This document shows, in pieces, positions 46,424 to 58,154 of a stretch of 64,000 nucleotides of DNA. Made by a program: the position numbers and the translations under genes. The notes below the pieces were generated by a model, which made no database searches, had not been told where the DNA came from, and saw nothing but the letters and a program-made list of their open reading frames with translations. How positions within the stretch are numbered: position 1 is the stretch's first letter; every line of letters starts with the position of its first letter. This DNA comes from Sporopachydermia quercuum (Eukaryota), in contig BCGN01000003.1 of NCBI GenBank assembly GCA_001599295.1, forward strand, positions 1,612,001 through 1,676,000, written 5' to 3'.

Positions 46424-46938
46424 TGTCAAGAAGTTGGTTTATTTTTTGATTGGTTTTTTGAAAGTGCCGTATAGTTTTTCCTGTGTACTTGAATACAATA
46501 TTTATGTAACAGCGTTTTATTCCTTCCTGTAGATTATGGACAATTGTATAGACCAAGTAGTACATGACAATTCTGGCTCTTGTCTCCTGGTCTATCAACG
46601 CGACTGTAATTCGAACAATTAGTACCGAAATTTAAAATTCAAACTAATCAGTCCTACTAATAAGCAACTATTGTGTCAGCCACATACATTCTTTAGTCTC
46701 TTAGTTCTTTCTCAATCCTTTCTAGGCATTCCATTCATCATTTTCTTTCTAACCCTTTTGACATAGTGAGACGTGATGTCATGTACTGCTTATAAATCTT
46801 TTGGTAGGCAAAAAGCTATCTGTATCATCCTTCATAAACTAGCATCACAACGAGTGAATTATTTTAGAAATAACCAATGGTCTTTTATTGCAAATTGAAC
46901 ATTGAACTCTCTTAAAATAGCACAACTTCTATCTTATT

Positions 46939-48018
46939 ATGGCAGCTAAAGTTGATGGAACAAAATCTCAGTGGGAATCATCTGATTTCCCTGCTGTATG
47001 CGAAAAGTGTTTGGGACCTAATCCCTATGTTCGAATGATGAGAGAACAATACGGAGAACAATGTAAATTATGTACTAGACCTTTTACAGTATTTCGATGG
47101 CTACCTGAGCGACACTCTAGGTATAATAGGACAATAATATGTTTGACATGTGCTAGGCAAAAGAACTGTTGTCAGTCATGTATGATGGATTTAACATATG
47201 GACTGCCACTTGCATTAAGAGACGCAGCATTGAATATGGCCACTGAATCAAGCACCGAAGATCCTACAAGTTCGATGGCTTTGACAAGCAAACCTACAAC
47301 GAATGCTATTACTAAGCAATATGGCGCACAACAGTATCAACAAGCAATAGAAGATGGCCGAGCAGCTTCGGTAGAAGAGAACCATCTGAAAACGAAATCG
47401 GCTGCTCATCAGCTACTGAAGTCATTGGCAACAAAGAGCAAGTCATATAGCAGAACTCAAATGACAACAGGAGAAAGGTCCAAAATTAAATTGGAGCAAG
47501 CACAAGCTAACCCTGCAAACGTAAAGAATATTGTGACAAAACTGCCGTTTAATGGTTCTCTTGTTCCTCCCAAAGATACTAGCATAAAATCATTCTTCTT
47601 AATGGGAATAGATGATGATCTACCTGATTGGAAGATTAGAGAGTATTTCACAGAATGTGGGAAAGTGGAATCATTAGTATGTGTTCATAGAGCGAGGGCA
47701 GGATATGTCACCATGGCATCTCGCTCAAGTGCTGAAGCTGTTGCTAGTAAGATACTTGCCGAAACTCGAAACGGGAGACATAAGAATAGCGTGATGATTG
47801 GTAACTGTAGACTAGTAGTAGTGTGGGGAAAAGTTCGATCCCTAGGGGAGACAAGTGCAGAAGAACTGAAAGTCGGTCAAGTTATAAAGAAATGGCTGAT
47901 ATCAAGGGCAAAGCAATCGAGACATAAATCGAAGGAAAGATCGGATGAGCCGAAAATCTCAGAGCCTGTAGGTGATAATGTCCATTATAAGTCAAGCAGA
48001 AGTGGATTTGAGGCTTAG
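46939..48018 (+). CDS. SLT11: Pre-mRNA splicing factor Slt11/Ecm2 (RBM22)
   Basis: WESSDFPAVCEKCLGPNPYVRM, CKLCTRPFTVFRW, CARQKNCCQSCMMDL zinc fingers plus RRM. Confidence 0.95.
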   Translation: MAAKVDGTKSQWESSDFPAVCEKCLGPNPYVRMMREQYGEQCKLCTRPFTVFRWLPERHSRYNRTIICLTCARQKNCCQSCMMDLTYGLPLALRDAALNMATESSTEDPTSSMALTSKPTTNAITKQYGAQQYQQAIEDGRAASVEENHLKTKSAAHQLLKSLATKSKSYSRTQMTTGERSKIKLEQAQANPANVKNIVTKLPFNGSLVPPKDTSIKSFFLMGIDDDLPDWKIREYFTECGKVESLVCVHRARAGYVTMASRSSAEAVASKILAETRNGRHKNSVMIGNCRLVVVWGKVRSLGETSAEELKVGQVIKKWLISRAKQSRHKSKERSDEPKISEPVGDNVHYKSSRSGFEA

Positions 48019-48912
48019 ATAAGTTGCGTTCAGAAGTTTGAGAGGTTTGAGAGGTTGTAATAAATGGAGCGGACCATTTAGAGCAAACCAGCGTATAAAT
48101 GGTTGTCACGCTTCCGTCTCACTTGGTTGACGTTGACGATTTTGATGGTTGATCAATTAGTCATATAGCATCGCAAGCTTCAAACTGACATTCTAGTTGA
48201 CTTTCCACTATAGTTCAATCTTTGTATTATGTTATTTGGTTCCCATCACAGCTATAAAACTAATCAGTCATATAATCTAGAATTCAAGGAACATACCTAT
48301 CAAGCACTATATAACGTTATATAACTATTTTCAACCTTTAACCGGTAGATAATTCTCCAATAGTGTACTATAGCATATATAATAATGAGAGAAAGAATAT
48401 GTATTTCAACACTTTAGACTCATACAATCAATTCCAACTAAGTAGGTAATGTCTAGATAATGTTATCTATACACAGCGTGTACATTCAAACATATATAGG
48501 ATCCATCAATCAATCAGCAGTTATACAAATATCAAAACCAATAGTATATTATCAATATATTGGATTGAATGGCAATAATATCGAACAGCAACATCAAATA
48601 ACAGTAAGACACAAATTCCCATTCCTGTTCCTATTTTCTCTTATCATCCCATCATGGCTTTCCTTTTGTGAGACAATTCCACTTCATAAATTCAACGCCT
48701 TTCAATCTTTTAAACAACCTCAATCAATCAATNAATCAATCGAACAGTTAAATAGTTAGAAGTTACTGAATAATTTTTTTTTTTATAACTGCTTTAAGTT
48801 AAATAAATATAAGCATTATTTTTGAACTATTATTTGTTGTTTTGTTGACTGATTCTAAAGATTATTTACTGTGTGCAGTATCATCTGACATCTGACTGAT
48901 TGCTGAAGCACC

Positions 48913-49693
48913 ATGGCTACTTATGAAGGTGAGTATTATTCTTTGTTAGGTCATAGATAAAAACTCTGATATAATTATGAAGGTGCAAATTTGAATCTCC
49001 AATTGCTTTTAGTTTACTGTTCATCATTTAACTTCACCTTTCTCCGATGTTAGTNTAGTTAGCGCTGAACTAACAGTTGATTTACTTGCCTTCCTAGATG
49101 ACCATAACGTGGAGATCAAGAGATCTGCTCCTGCTGAGCATAGAACACTAGCTAGCACTATACAAGATGGAACTATAGGCGATAGAAATAACCGACAACA
49201 AGACGTATTTTCTTTAGTTTCGTAAGTTGAAATTACATTTATTGACATCATACCTTACTCTATCTATCTATTCTCATATTCGCATATTCTAATCCTCAAA
49301 CCTGTTAGAACATTGACTTCATTATCCGATGGTCAGACACCAGTTGGACAGTATATACTCTCGCAATTAAGCGAAATTGACGCAAATGATAGTCCGACTC
49401 CAAAAGGTGTTGGCCAGGAGTTTCTCGATAGTTTAGAAAGAATCGATAAGAGAAATCTCAAAAAATCAGATACATGCCCTATATGTGCTACGGCATATTT
49501 AGATGATAAGTATCCATTGGTTGTTCATTTACCGTGTGATAAACGTCATCATTTTGATTTAGATTGCATAGGACCTTGGTTGCAACTACACTCAACGTGT
49601 CCCATCTGTAGGAAAGATGTGACAGCGAAGAAGGTGATTGATGTTCCAGTTGACGACGAAGATGAGGAAGATGGATGGGATATGTATGGTTAG
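48913..49693 (+). CDS. RING-H2 protein, YBR062C-like, 174 aa, 3 exons (48913-48928, 49098-49221, 49309-49693)
   Basis: MATYE|DDHN start, CPIC..YLDDKYPLVVHLPC..HHFDLDCIGPWL...TCPICR, WDMYG end; introns 48929-49097 (GTGAGT/AACTAAC/TAG) and 49222-49308 (GTAAGT/TTCTAAT/TAG) keep frame. Confidence 0.85.
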
Positions 49694-49808
49694 GCAAGAA
49701 TCGTATAGGATATAGATAGATTAGTTCAAACTACAAAAGCATGAAGATTGAATGCAATAAGATCAATTATTTATGTACAGTTAGAATCTCTTTGTTTGTG
49801 GCAGACTT

Positions 49809-50726
49809 CTATGGTGTTTTCGTTGAAGGAGCTGTGTCTGATTCAGGTTGTGACGTCGGTTCTGATTTAGGCTTTGAGTTTGCTTTCACCTCAGGCTCTG
49901 GTACCGGGGCTGACGTCTCTGCTGATTTTTCTGGTGTCAAATGACGTTTGAAAACAGGATCTTCCAACAGTTCTCTAACCTTTTGAGCAACAAGCTTGTT
50001 ATTACTGCTTCCGAAATGAACGTATTTAGGATCTTCAATGTCTTCCAAAGTTTCCAGTTTGACTTGACTTAATTCTTCGCTGATATTTACATCTTCAAAT
50101 GAATAAGTATGTGCTTTCAAACCAACACCAGCCATTTGATATTTCTTTAATAGTGCCAACCAAGCATCAACAACATCAGGATTAGAATCAAATATCTTAA
50201 TAAGCCTCTTGTGTGTTCTTCTCTCAAAATTCTCTTTACTTTTCGCCATAACGAAGGGACTTCGATTAACGGTCCATCGTTCTCTTCTCGTAGGTAAAGG
50301 CTTAGGTCCAGTAGCAGCCAATCCTAAATAATAAGCTGCTCTCATAGCAAAATTACAGAAAAAATCCATATCTTGATGAGTGTAACTTCGAAATTGAACT
50401 TCGCATACTAAATCTCCATGCACAACTGGATTTCGTAAAGGATCGTAGTAGTTCATCTCAACATTAAGGGGAATCGGCGTACCTGGTCCTTCGAATACCT
50501 CAGTACTGGAAAACACTCGAGGTTTATAGTTTTTGAACACATCATTTAATCCTTCAATGACCAGCCTATCACTACCACTACCTCTTGAGGTGGTTTTACT
50601 GACTGTTGAGTTTTCATTTTCTTTTCGTTTATAGTTATTTAGACTGAAAGCTCTGGAACTAATGGCCAAACCAACGCTCAACCTTTGGACCCTTGGGGCC
50701 TTTGATGTTATTTGACGTGAAAACAT
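49809..50726 (-). CDS. RSM10: Mitochondrial ribosomal protein uS10m, 305 aa
   Basis: FRSY...DFFCNFAMRAAYYLG, GPKPLPTRRERWTVNRSPFV..KSKENFERRTHKRLI; presequence from ATG 50726. Confidence 0.95.
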   Translation of the reverse strand: MFSRQITSKAPRVQRLSVGLAISSRAFSLNNYKRKENENSTVSKTTSRGSGSDRLVIEGLNDVFKNYKPRVFSSTEVFEGPGTPIPLNVEMNYYDPLRNPVVHGDLVCEVQFRSYTHQDMDFFCNFAMRAAYYLGLAATGPKPLPTRRERWTVNRSPFVMAKSKENFERRTHKRLIKIFDSNPDVVDAWLALLKKYQMAGVGLKAHTYSFEDVNISEELSQVKLETLEDIEDPKYVHFGSSNNKLVAQKVRELLEDPVFKRHLTPEKSAETSAPVPEPEVKANSKPKSEPTSQPESDTAPSTKTP

Positions 50727-50944
50727 CTTATTGCTCGGATCTATTTTTAGCCACTGCGCGCGCTCCACATTCCACTACTTGACTACACAGAATAGAAAGT
50801 TACCAAATACTGTTCAACTGTTGTTTGGCAATAACTAATTGATATGCTGTCTTCCATTGTATTTCACTCTCTATTGTTCATTGAATAATGCAATCAGCAA
50901 ATCCTTCAGGTTTTCGTTTGTAACTGAATGGACGATTGGTAGCA

Positions 50945-50952
50945 TTACCCGG
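50945..50952. promoter_or_regulatory. Reb1 site in the RSM10/TRM7 divergent promoter
   Basis: TTACCCGG exact consensus. Confidence 0.5.
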
Positions 50953-51628
50953 ATTTGGATATAGAGCGGAAATGATATGATGTATCCGTGGTGAGATATG
51001 AAGTTATAGTAGGGAATTGATGAGACAAGCAATCTAGGAAGAAAGTTCGTAGATTGGTATGAGCTGAATAGATATTTGAGTAAAGAAACAGCGTTTATTC
51101 AAAATTTCTAGTGTATCAAAATTAGCAGGATTTTGGGAATCTTTTGTGAAGTTTTGGAACAAGAAGCTGTGATTGTTTTCTGGCTTTCTAGTTGGAAGTA
51201 TTATGTTAGTATACAAGACGCTCATNGGTGAGTCTTGTGAAATCAAGTTCTATTCAATCTCATAAAACTGCTATCTTTATAGCTAACTCCAAACCAAGAC
51301 TCTCTGAAAACGTTTAAAAATAGCTAAAAATTATATAATCTACAATATCCAGCTTGCTCCTTGAATACCAAGCAATTCATTCACTGTAACTCCCTGCATT
51401 TATTCATTCTCCAATTAGGTAGACAGTTACACCACTATTACAATTATTTTCTCCGAAATATTCCCCTATGTTCTCCGTTCTCCACCATAGTAAAGAAAAA
51501 TCTTTCTTATGATTATCATCAGCGTTATTATGGAAAAAGTTGATACTAAGTATATCTGTTTTATTTATATTATATAATAATACTTAATCTTGTAATTTAC
51601 TACAGCATTCTTTCTTTACGCAGCAGAA

Positions 51629-52672
51629 ATGGGGAAAAGTAGTAAAGATAAAAGAGACTTGTATTATAGGTAAGTGCTGAGATCATAGCGCTACAGACAT
51701 AAATGGATAGATACTGAGGCATTCNTTCCACATTCATACTATATAAAAATATTGAATTTCGGTGAAAAGCAAATTACTAACATTGAAACAAGAAAGGCGA
51801 AAGAAGAAGGGTGGAGGGCCCGTTCTGCTTTCAAGCTTCTACAACTGAATGACCAGTTCCATTTGTTTGAAGGTCTGAGCCGTGTAGTAGATTTATGTGC
51901 AGCTCCTGGGTCTTGGAGCCAAGTTCTATCTAGAGAAGTGTATCAGAAGCGATCGCCAGATGGCCCAGAACCAAAAATAGTTGCTGTAGATTTGCAGCCA
52001 ATGTCGCCTATTGAAGGTGTGACTACTTTACAAGCAGATATTACACATCCCAAAACATTAAGCAGGATTCTGGAAATCTTTGGTGGTGAACCTGCTGACT
52101 TTGTATGTTCCGATGGTGCACCTGATGTCACAGGATTGCACGATTTAGATGAGTATATTCAAGCCCAGCTGATTCTTTCAGCTTTACAATTGACATGCTG
52201 TGTTCTGAAACCTGGTGGAGCTTTTGTTGCCAAGATCTTCCGAGGCCGTGATATTGATTTACTGTACTCACAACTAGGATATCTATTTGAGAAGGTGGTA
52301 TGTGCCAAACCAAGATCGTCTAGAGGTACATCATTAGAATCGTTTATTGTATGCTTAGGATATAAACCAAGAGAAGGCTGGGATCCTAAGAAGTATCTGA
52401 AGCCAGATGTTAGTACTGAAGAGTTCTTTGAAGGTGAGGAAGTTGGTATAGGCAAAGCAGAGCTTGATGAGAAGCTCGCGGTACCATTTGAAGAAAGGGT
52501 CATTGCACCATTTATTGCATGTGGAGATTTATCAGAATTCGATTCTGATGCAACATATACGATAGAGGACGGGATTGAAAGGCTGAGTTTGGACCCTGTA
52601 CAATCTCCAACCGCGCCTCCATATAAAAAAGCATTAGAGATGAAGAGGAAAGGGGAGATTAGAAAGAGATGA
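51629..52672 (+). CDS. TRM7: tRNA (C32/G34) 2'-O-methyltransferase, 306 aa, 2 exons (51629-51669, 51793-52672)
   Basis: [50 protein letters not shown]; intron 51670-51792 GTAAGT, TACTAAC 51775-51781, AAG acceptor. Confidence 0.95.
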
Positions 52673-52796
52673 TGGTTAGTTTAGATGAAGAAGAGAGAAG
52701 AGGAAGAGAGAAATGGAAAAAGAGATAATGGAGATATTTAGAATGTTTAGACTAAGAGGATGAGATAAAGGAAGATATAAATAATAGAGACATAGT

Positions 52797-52819
52797 CTAC
52801 TACTACTACTACTACTACT
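52797..52819. repeat. (CTA)7 microsatellite between convergent TRM7 and KRS1
   Basis: CTACTACTA... read directly. Confidence 0.85.
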
Positions 52820-52932
52820 GCTCTACTCTATTACATTAATTGAGTACAATATTAACAGTCAAGTCTATTCTAAAACCGTCTTCCTATATCCTATATTATA
52901 ATCTCCATATCCCATCTCTCAATATGTCATAT

Positions 52933-54723
52933 TTACTCCTTCTCTTCAGACTTGAATTCAGCTTCACTCAAACCAACTTTTCCTCCGTCTTCAGGCTTCA
53001 TAGTAGGGAAAAGTAAAACCTCCTTGATAGTATTAGCATTGGTTAAGAACATAGTCAATCTATCAATACCACATCCCCATCCACCAGTAGGAGGTAAACC
53101 GTATTCTAAAGCATTACAGAACACTTCATCAACCAGTTGAGCTTCATCATCACCTTGAGCCTTTTGTCTGGCCTGTTCTTCAAATCTAGCTCTTTGATCA
53201 AACGGATCATTCAACTCAGTGTAGGCATTACAAATTTCTTTAAAAGCAACGAAAACTTCAAATCTTTCGCATAAACCTGGAATATCACGATGGTATTTAG
53301 CCAAAGGAGACATCATTTGAGGATGCCCGAAGATAAAAGTGGGATTTACACATTGAGACTCAAGATACTCACCAATTAATGTATCCAACATACGAGCATT
53401 GGTTAAAGGAGGAGTACAGTCAAGCTTCTCTCTGATTAAGATATCCTTGAGGAACTTGTTGGTTTCTTCGGTATGTAATTGATCTCCAGGAGGGAATTTG
53501 ACCTTCAAGATTTGTTCTAAGCTAGTAATCATGTCAACTCTCTTCCAAGGTCTGGAGAAATCAATTTCTAAAGTCTCACCTTCAGGGCCCTTAGGTTGAT
53601 ACTTGACTTTATAATCACCAGTGATGTCTTTAACCAATTCAGAAAATAATAATTCGGTCATATCCATCAAATCGTAGCAATCTGCATAAGCCTGATAGAA
53701 TTCACACGTAGTGAACTCGGGATTGTGGGTCATATCAATACCTTCATTTCTGAATTGTCTTCCGATTTCGTAGACTCTGTTCAAACCACCGACAACAAGT
53801 TCCTTGAGATACAATTCAGGAGCGATTCTAAGGTATAAATCCATGTTTAATTCATTATGGTGAGTAATGAAAGGTTTGGCAGTAGCTCCACCAGCAATCA
53901 AGTTCATCATAGGAGTCTCAACCTCAACAAAATCTCTGGAATCCAAAAATCTACGAATATAACTGATGATCTTAGATCTAACAATAAATCGTTCTCTGGT
54001 AGAGTTGTTCATGATCAGATCTAAGTATCTCATACGATAACGAGTTTCGGTATCTTTGAAACCAAAATGTTCAGTTGGCAACATGTGTAAAGAAGGAGTC
54101 AACAGGATGACTTCTCTAGCAAAGACAGATAATTCACCTTCACCACCTTTCTTTGGTTGAGTCTTACCAGGATAACCACGGATACCAATGATATCTCCTC
54201 TTCTCAGAAGTTCATGCATTTTGGTGAAATCGCCGTCACAGTCTTGAGCTTGGGCCATGATTTGGACTTGCTTACCTTCACTGTGGATGACATAGAACTT
54301 CAATTTAGAACCTGATTCTCTCTTGGCGTGTATTCTACCAGCAATACTCACTTCTACATCAGGAAGAGTTTCACCTCTCTGTAATTTAGAGTACTCTTCA
54401 ACAAACTGATCAACACGAATTGAAACATTGAATTTGTGAGGATAAGGATTAGGATCCTTGGTATGACGTAAATTGTCGATGGCCTTTGATCTGATTTCAA
54501 AGTATTGATTAGGTGTCAATTCTTCATCATTGCTTGATTTTTTACCGGTGCCAACAGTTTTACCGGCAGCGGCAGCGGCAGCAGCTTTTTCAGCTTTCTT
54601 CGCCTCTACTTGACGTTGTTTCTGTCTTTTCTTCAATTCACTCTTAGACACTTGTTCTCCTGTGACTTCGTCAAGATAAGTCTTTTGTAGCTTCTCAGCT
54701 ACTTCTTCAACTTTGTCTGCCAT
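52933..54723 (-). CDS. KRS1: Cytosolic lysyl-tRNA synthetase, 596 aa
   Basis: [48 protein letters not shown] at 54723. Confidence 0.98.
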   Translation of the reverse strand: MADKVEEVAEKLQKTYLDEVTGEQVSKSELKKRQKQRQVEAKKAEKAAAAAAAGKTVGTGKKSSNDEELTPNQYFEIRSKAIDNLRHTKDPNPYPHKFNVSIRVDQFVEEYSKLQRGETLPDVEVSIAGRIHAKRESGSKLKFYVIHSEGKQVQIMAQAQDCDGDFTKMHELLRRGDIIGIRGYPGKTQPKKGGEGELSVFAREVILLTPSLHMLPTEHFGFKDTETRYRMRYLDLIMNNSTRERFIVRSKIISYIRRFLDSRDFVEVETPMMNLIAGGATAKPFITHHNELNMDLYLRIAPELYLKELVVGGLNRVYEIGRQFRNEGIDMTHNPEFTTCEFYQAYADCYDLMDMTELLFSELVKDITGDYKVKYQPKGPEGETLEIDFSRPWKRVDMITSLEQILKVKFPPGDQLHTEETNKFLKDILIREKLDCTPPLTNARMLDTLIGEYLESQCVNPTFIFGHPQMMSPLAKYHRDIPGLCERFEVFVAFKEICNAYTELNDPFDQRARFEEQARQKAQGDDEAQLVDEVFCNALEYGLPPTGGWGCGIDRLTMFLTNANTIKEVLLFPTMKPEDGGKVGLSEAEFKSEEKE

Positions 54724-55030
54724 TGTGTAGATACTGTTGCTATGCCTAACTATTCCTGAATGATCAACTAACGAAAGCAAAATCGGAATGAAAAGCAATT
54801 CAATTCAACCTGAAAAGATCTATATCAATTAAAAATTTTTGTAACATCAAATATAAACAGATATTTACATATAGATATACTTATATACACAGTTACTACC
54901 GGCTATTGCATACCAAGTAGAAGTTTTCAGCATTTGAGACGATCAGTCATAATGGAACAGTAGTTGCATTTTCTAGAATTGAGTCTCGAGAAGACCGCCT
55001 CAATGTTTATATTTTCCGATGCAGGAAAAG

Positions 55031-55100
55031 TGAAAATTTTTCAAACATTACCCGGCGAAACAAATAGTCTTTATGTGCACGTGATTAATGTTCACGTGAC
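55031..55100. promoter_or_regulatory. KRS1/eIF3h bidirectional promoter core: RRPE, Reb1, two E-boxes
   Basis: TGAAAATTTT 55031-40, TTACCCGG 55048-55, CACGTG 55078-83, TCACGTGAC 55092-55100. Confidence 0.6.
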
Positions 55101-55437
55101 TAGAATGCATTTGGCATAAATATAAGTTTATACATGGGAGTTATGCGTTTCCTCACCAGAAGACACTGAAGCTAAGAACGGAAATGGTGAGGAAAATGAG
55201 CAGAAAGTGAAAAGAATGAAAATTTTGATGATATAATAAAGGCATATGTGGAAGGAAAGAAAAAGGCTTGTAGTGGGGGGATAAAAGGATTTTTGATAGG
55301 AACATTTACGTGGAGATTGCTAGAGGGTAGATTTAGAACTGAAGATTTAGTAGTTTATTGTTTCAATAGTGAAAGAATATTACTTCTTAGTTCAAGGTTG
55401 AATTTGCAAGGCAATAGTACAACAGAAGTACATCAAT

Positions 55438-56902
55438 ATGGTTGGCAAGAATTTGTAAGTTGTAGCAAAAAAGGAGGACGGAGGTGAAAAGGAAAAAAAG
55501 CCGTGGGAGAATACTTGAGAAGGGAGTTGCGTAAAGTTAATGTTGAATTATTGCATTGCAACTAGTTAATTTATGTGGATGTTGCGTAGATTTGTATGAA
55601 GGTGTACTAACGTGTATGTATAGAAGCAAAACCATCCGCGAGACGGGTGTTGATGTTGAAGAGTCAAGCATAAAAACCGTGAAGATTGATTCAAGTGTAA
55701 GTTGAATTGGTTGGATAACTGTGATTGAAGGCATTATTGATGTTATTGGTTTAATCTAATAAACCAGAATCAAGCGATTTACGTTGATCCATATGAAGAT
55801 AACAATGTTCTCAGGTTCCTACTACCTACTAATCTACTATATCAGTCATATATTTCTATCATTGTATATCCTTACTAACAATATTCAGGCTGTTTTGAAG
55901 ATTATAAAGCACTGCTCAGAAGCTCATCCTCAAAATGCCGCAGGCGCATTATTAGGCTACGATGGAGATGAGGATGTGCTTGAAGTTTCCTATGTTTTCC
56001 CGTTCCCTTCTACATCATCATCATCAGAATATAACAGTACATTCAGCTCAGCCAAGAACAAATCAAACAGCAAGTACCAAGAAGAAATGATTGCACTACT
56101 AGGATCAGTCAACGTTGATGCTTTCCCTCTCGGTTGGTACCAAAACTTCCCAATGGGAAAATTCTATTCCCAATCAGTTGTAGACACATTATTACAATAT
56201 CAACAACAAAATCCTAATGCTATTTTACTAGCCAATGATCCTTCCAAATCATTTGAATCAGGTTTGAGTTTACGTGCTTATAGACTAAGTGATGCCTTCT
56301 TGAACGTTCAAAAGACTGGTAAATTCACTACCGAAATATTGGTTGAGAATAATCTTTCCTATAAGGACGTTTATGAAGAATTGACTCTTGAGATCTCTAA
56401 CTCTCATTTAACTGGACTTTTCATTCAAGATTTAAATAATAAGAATGATGCTGAGGATAAGTCTCTGGAATTTTTCCCATCTAACGAAAAGAACATTTTG
56501 ACTTCTTCTCAATCATTATATTATAATTTTGATAAATTAAGTCTTAACAGTGACGCTTACTTACAAAGGAATATGGAATCTATCTTTGATGCTGTTGATG
56601 ATTTCAACTATGATCAAGGCAACTATAATTATTATCAACGTCAATTGGCTAGAGAACAAACAAAAATCAACCAATGGAAACAAAAGAGACAAGCTGAGAA
56701 TGTTCAAAGAGAAGCCGAAGGAAAACCTCCTTTATCTTTGGAAGAATATAAGACTATATTTAAGTTGCCCACTGAGCCATCTCGTCTTGATAATTTGTTA
56801 TTATCATCTTCAATCAATCAATACTGTTCTGAGATTGAAGGCTTCAGTTCCTCTGCTTTAACAAAGGCTTTTTTGGTTCAAAAGGGTTTAGAAGACAATT
56901 AG
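55438..56902 (+). CDS. Translation initiation factor eIF3 subunit H (MPN domain), 367 aa, 3 exons (55438-55454, 55624-55696, 55889-56902)
   Basis: Spliced VKIDSS|AVLKIIKHC, LEVSYVFPFP, VNVD...GWYQ, LSLRAYRLS, YYQRQLAREQ, FKLPTEPSRL; both introns GTAAGT...TACTAAC...YAG. Confidence 0.9.
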
Positions 56903-58076
56903 TATAGTGTACCAAAAAATAAAGTAATTTGGATTGTTCTTGATGTATGTAAGTAAGGTAAATGTTGTGCTTTACATCTAGTAGTTTCCCGTATTCGTAA
57001 AAGTGTTGTTCGTGTTGACTTTGGAGGTTTAGAAACTGAACGTGTCCCTTCATAGCAAGAAGAAAACCTGTTGTACTGTAAATGACACAGAGACTTTAAA
57101 GATACGTTTATTCCTTCCGGAACTTATTCATATATACAACGCTTTTCCTCTCGGTTGTTTTCATAGATGATTGTTGAAAAGATGAAAAATATCATAAGAA
57201 TCACGTGAAAAGCATTTTTAGATGGTCGGTTTATGATAACGTAAGCCTATGAGTGATTATATATTAGTTATATAGATTATAATGTGTATTATATATTATC
57301 TTAAATAATTAACTATGTCTCAATTAGTACCATTTTATTTCTTAAATCAATTAACTTATGGTAAGCCAAAGAAAATGTACGAGATGCGAATGAAGAGAAG
57401 AATCGGTATTGAAAATAGTATCTTTGTCTCTGTTTTCACTGTCTAATAATAACAGATAACAACGTCATATAGTATTCACCCCTCTTCAAAGGTTAAGAAA
57501 AGAACTACTTACACTTTGACCTTACTCATCATTAGCTCATTGGATCATCAACTTCTCACTCAATACACCAGCTAGCTATCCGGGACATGCATCGGATATG
57601 TAACATTATGCAGTATTATGTAGTTACATGCAGACCTTTTTTGTTATATATTTTCAAAACTCAATTTTGACAGATTGCTTAGCAATTGTTAAGTTATTAT
57701 AATCAATCCATCAATCTGTTCCTGCGACGTTTCGACTGCATAACCCAATTATAATTGTTCACATTCAGCGGCCCTTGTATCGTTATTTAATATTTACGCA
57801 TCTTTGACATGATGTTGCGATGTCTTATTCCTTTACAGACCCTTCACTCATTCACTATGATGCGTTACATGGTCTTCTAACTGTACCCTTTCTCAAACAT
57901 CCCTTATAGAAGTAACCGCTGCGTTCCTTTAGTATCGGCTTCTAAAGGTTTCTAGGCCCACTCCCCTTCCCCGTTAAGTATTACTACATTTTCATTACAT
58001 TACTTCCCACTACTAAACATAAAACTTCCTCGCCCTTGCTAGAGATAATTTCCCTACCAATAAATACTAATCAAAT

Positions 58077-58154
58077 TCATTATTCATACTCATTATTCAT
58101 ACTCATTATTCATTCTCATTATTCATACTCATTATTCATTCTCATTATTCATTC
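58077..58154. repeat. Tandem repeat, 6 x 13 bp TCATTATTCAT(A/T)C
   Basis: Units start at 58077, 58090, 58103, 58116, 58129, 58142. Confidence 0.9.

Noticed and set aside
54724..54798. Non-ATG in-frame N-terminal extension of KRS1 as a mitochondrial isoform
   Set aside because: The extension is not an Arg-rich amphipathic presequence, and yeasts have a separate mitochondrial LysRS; no positive evidence.
58077..58154. Tandem repeats as a CRISPR array or telomere
   Set aside because: No spacers, eukaryotic context, internal location.
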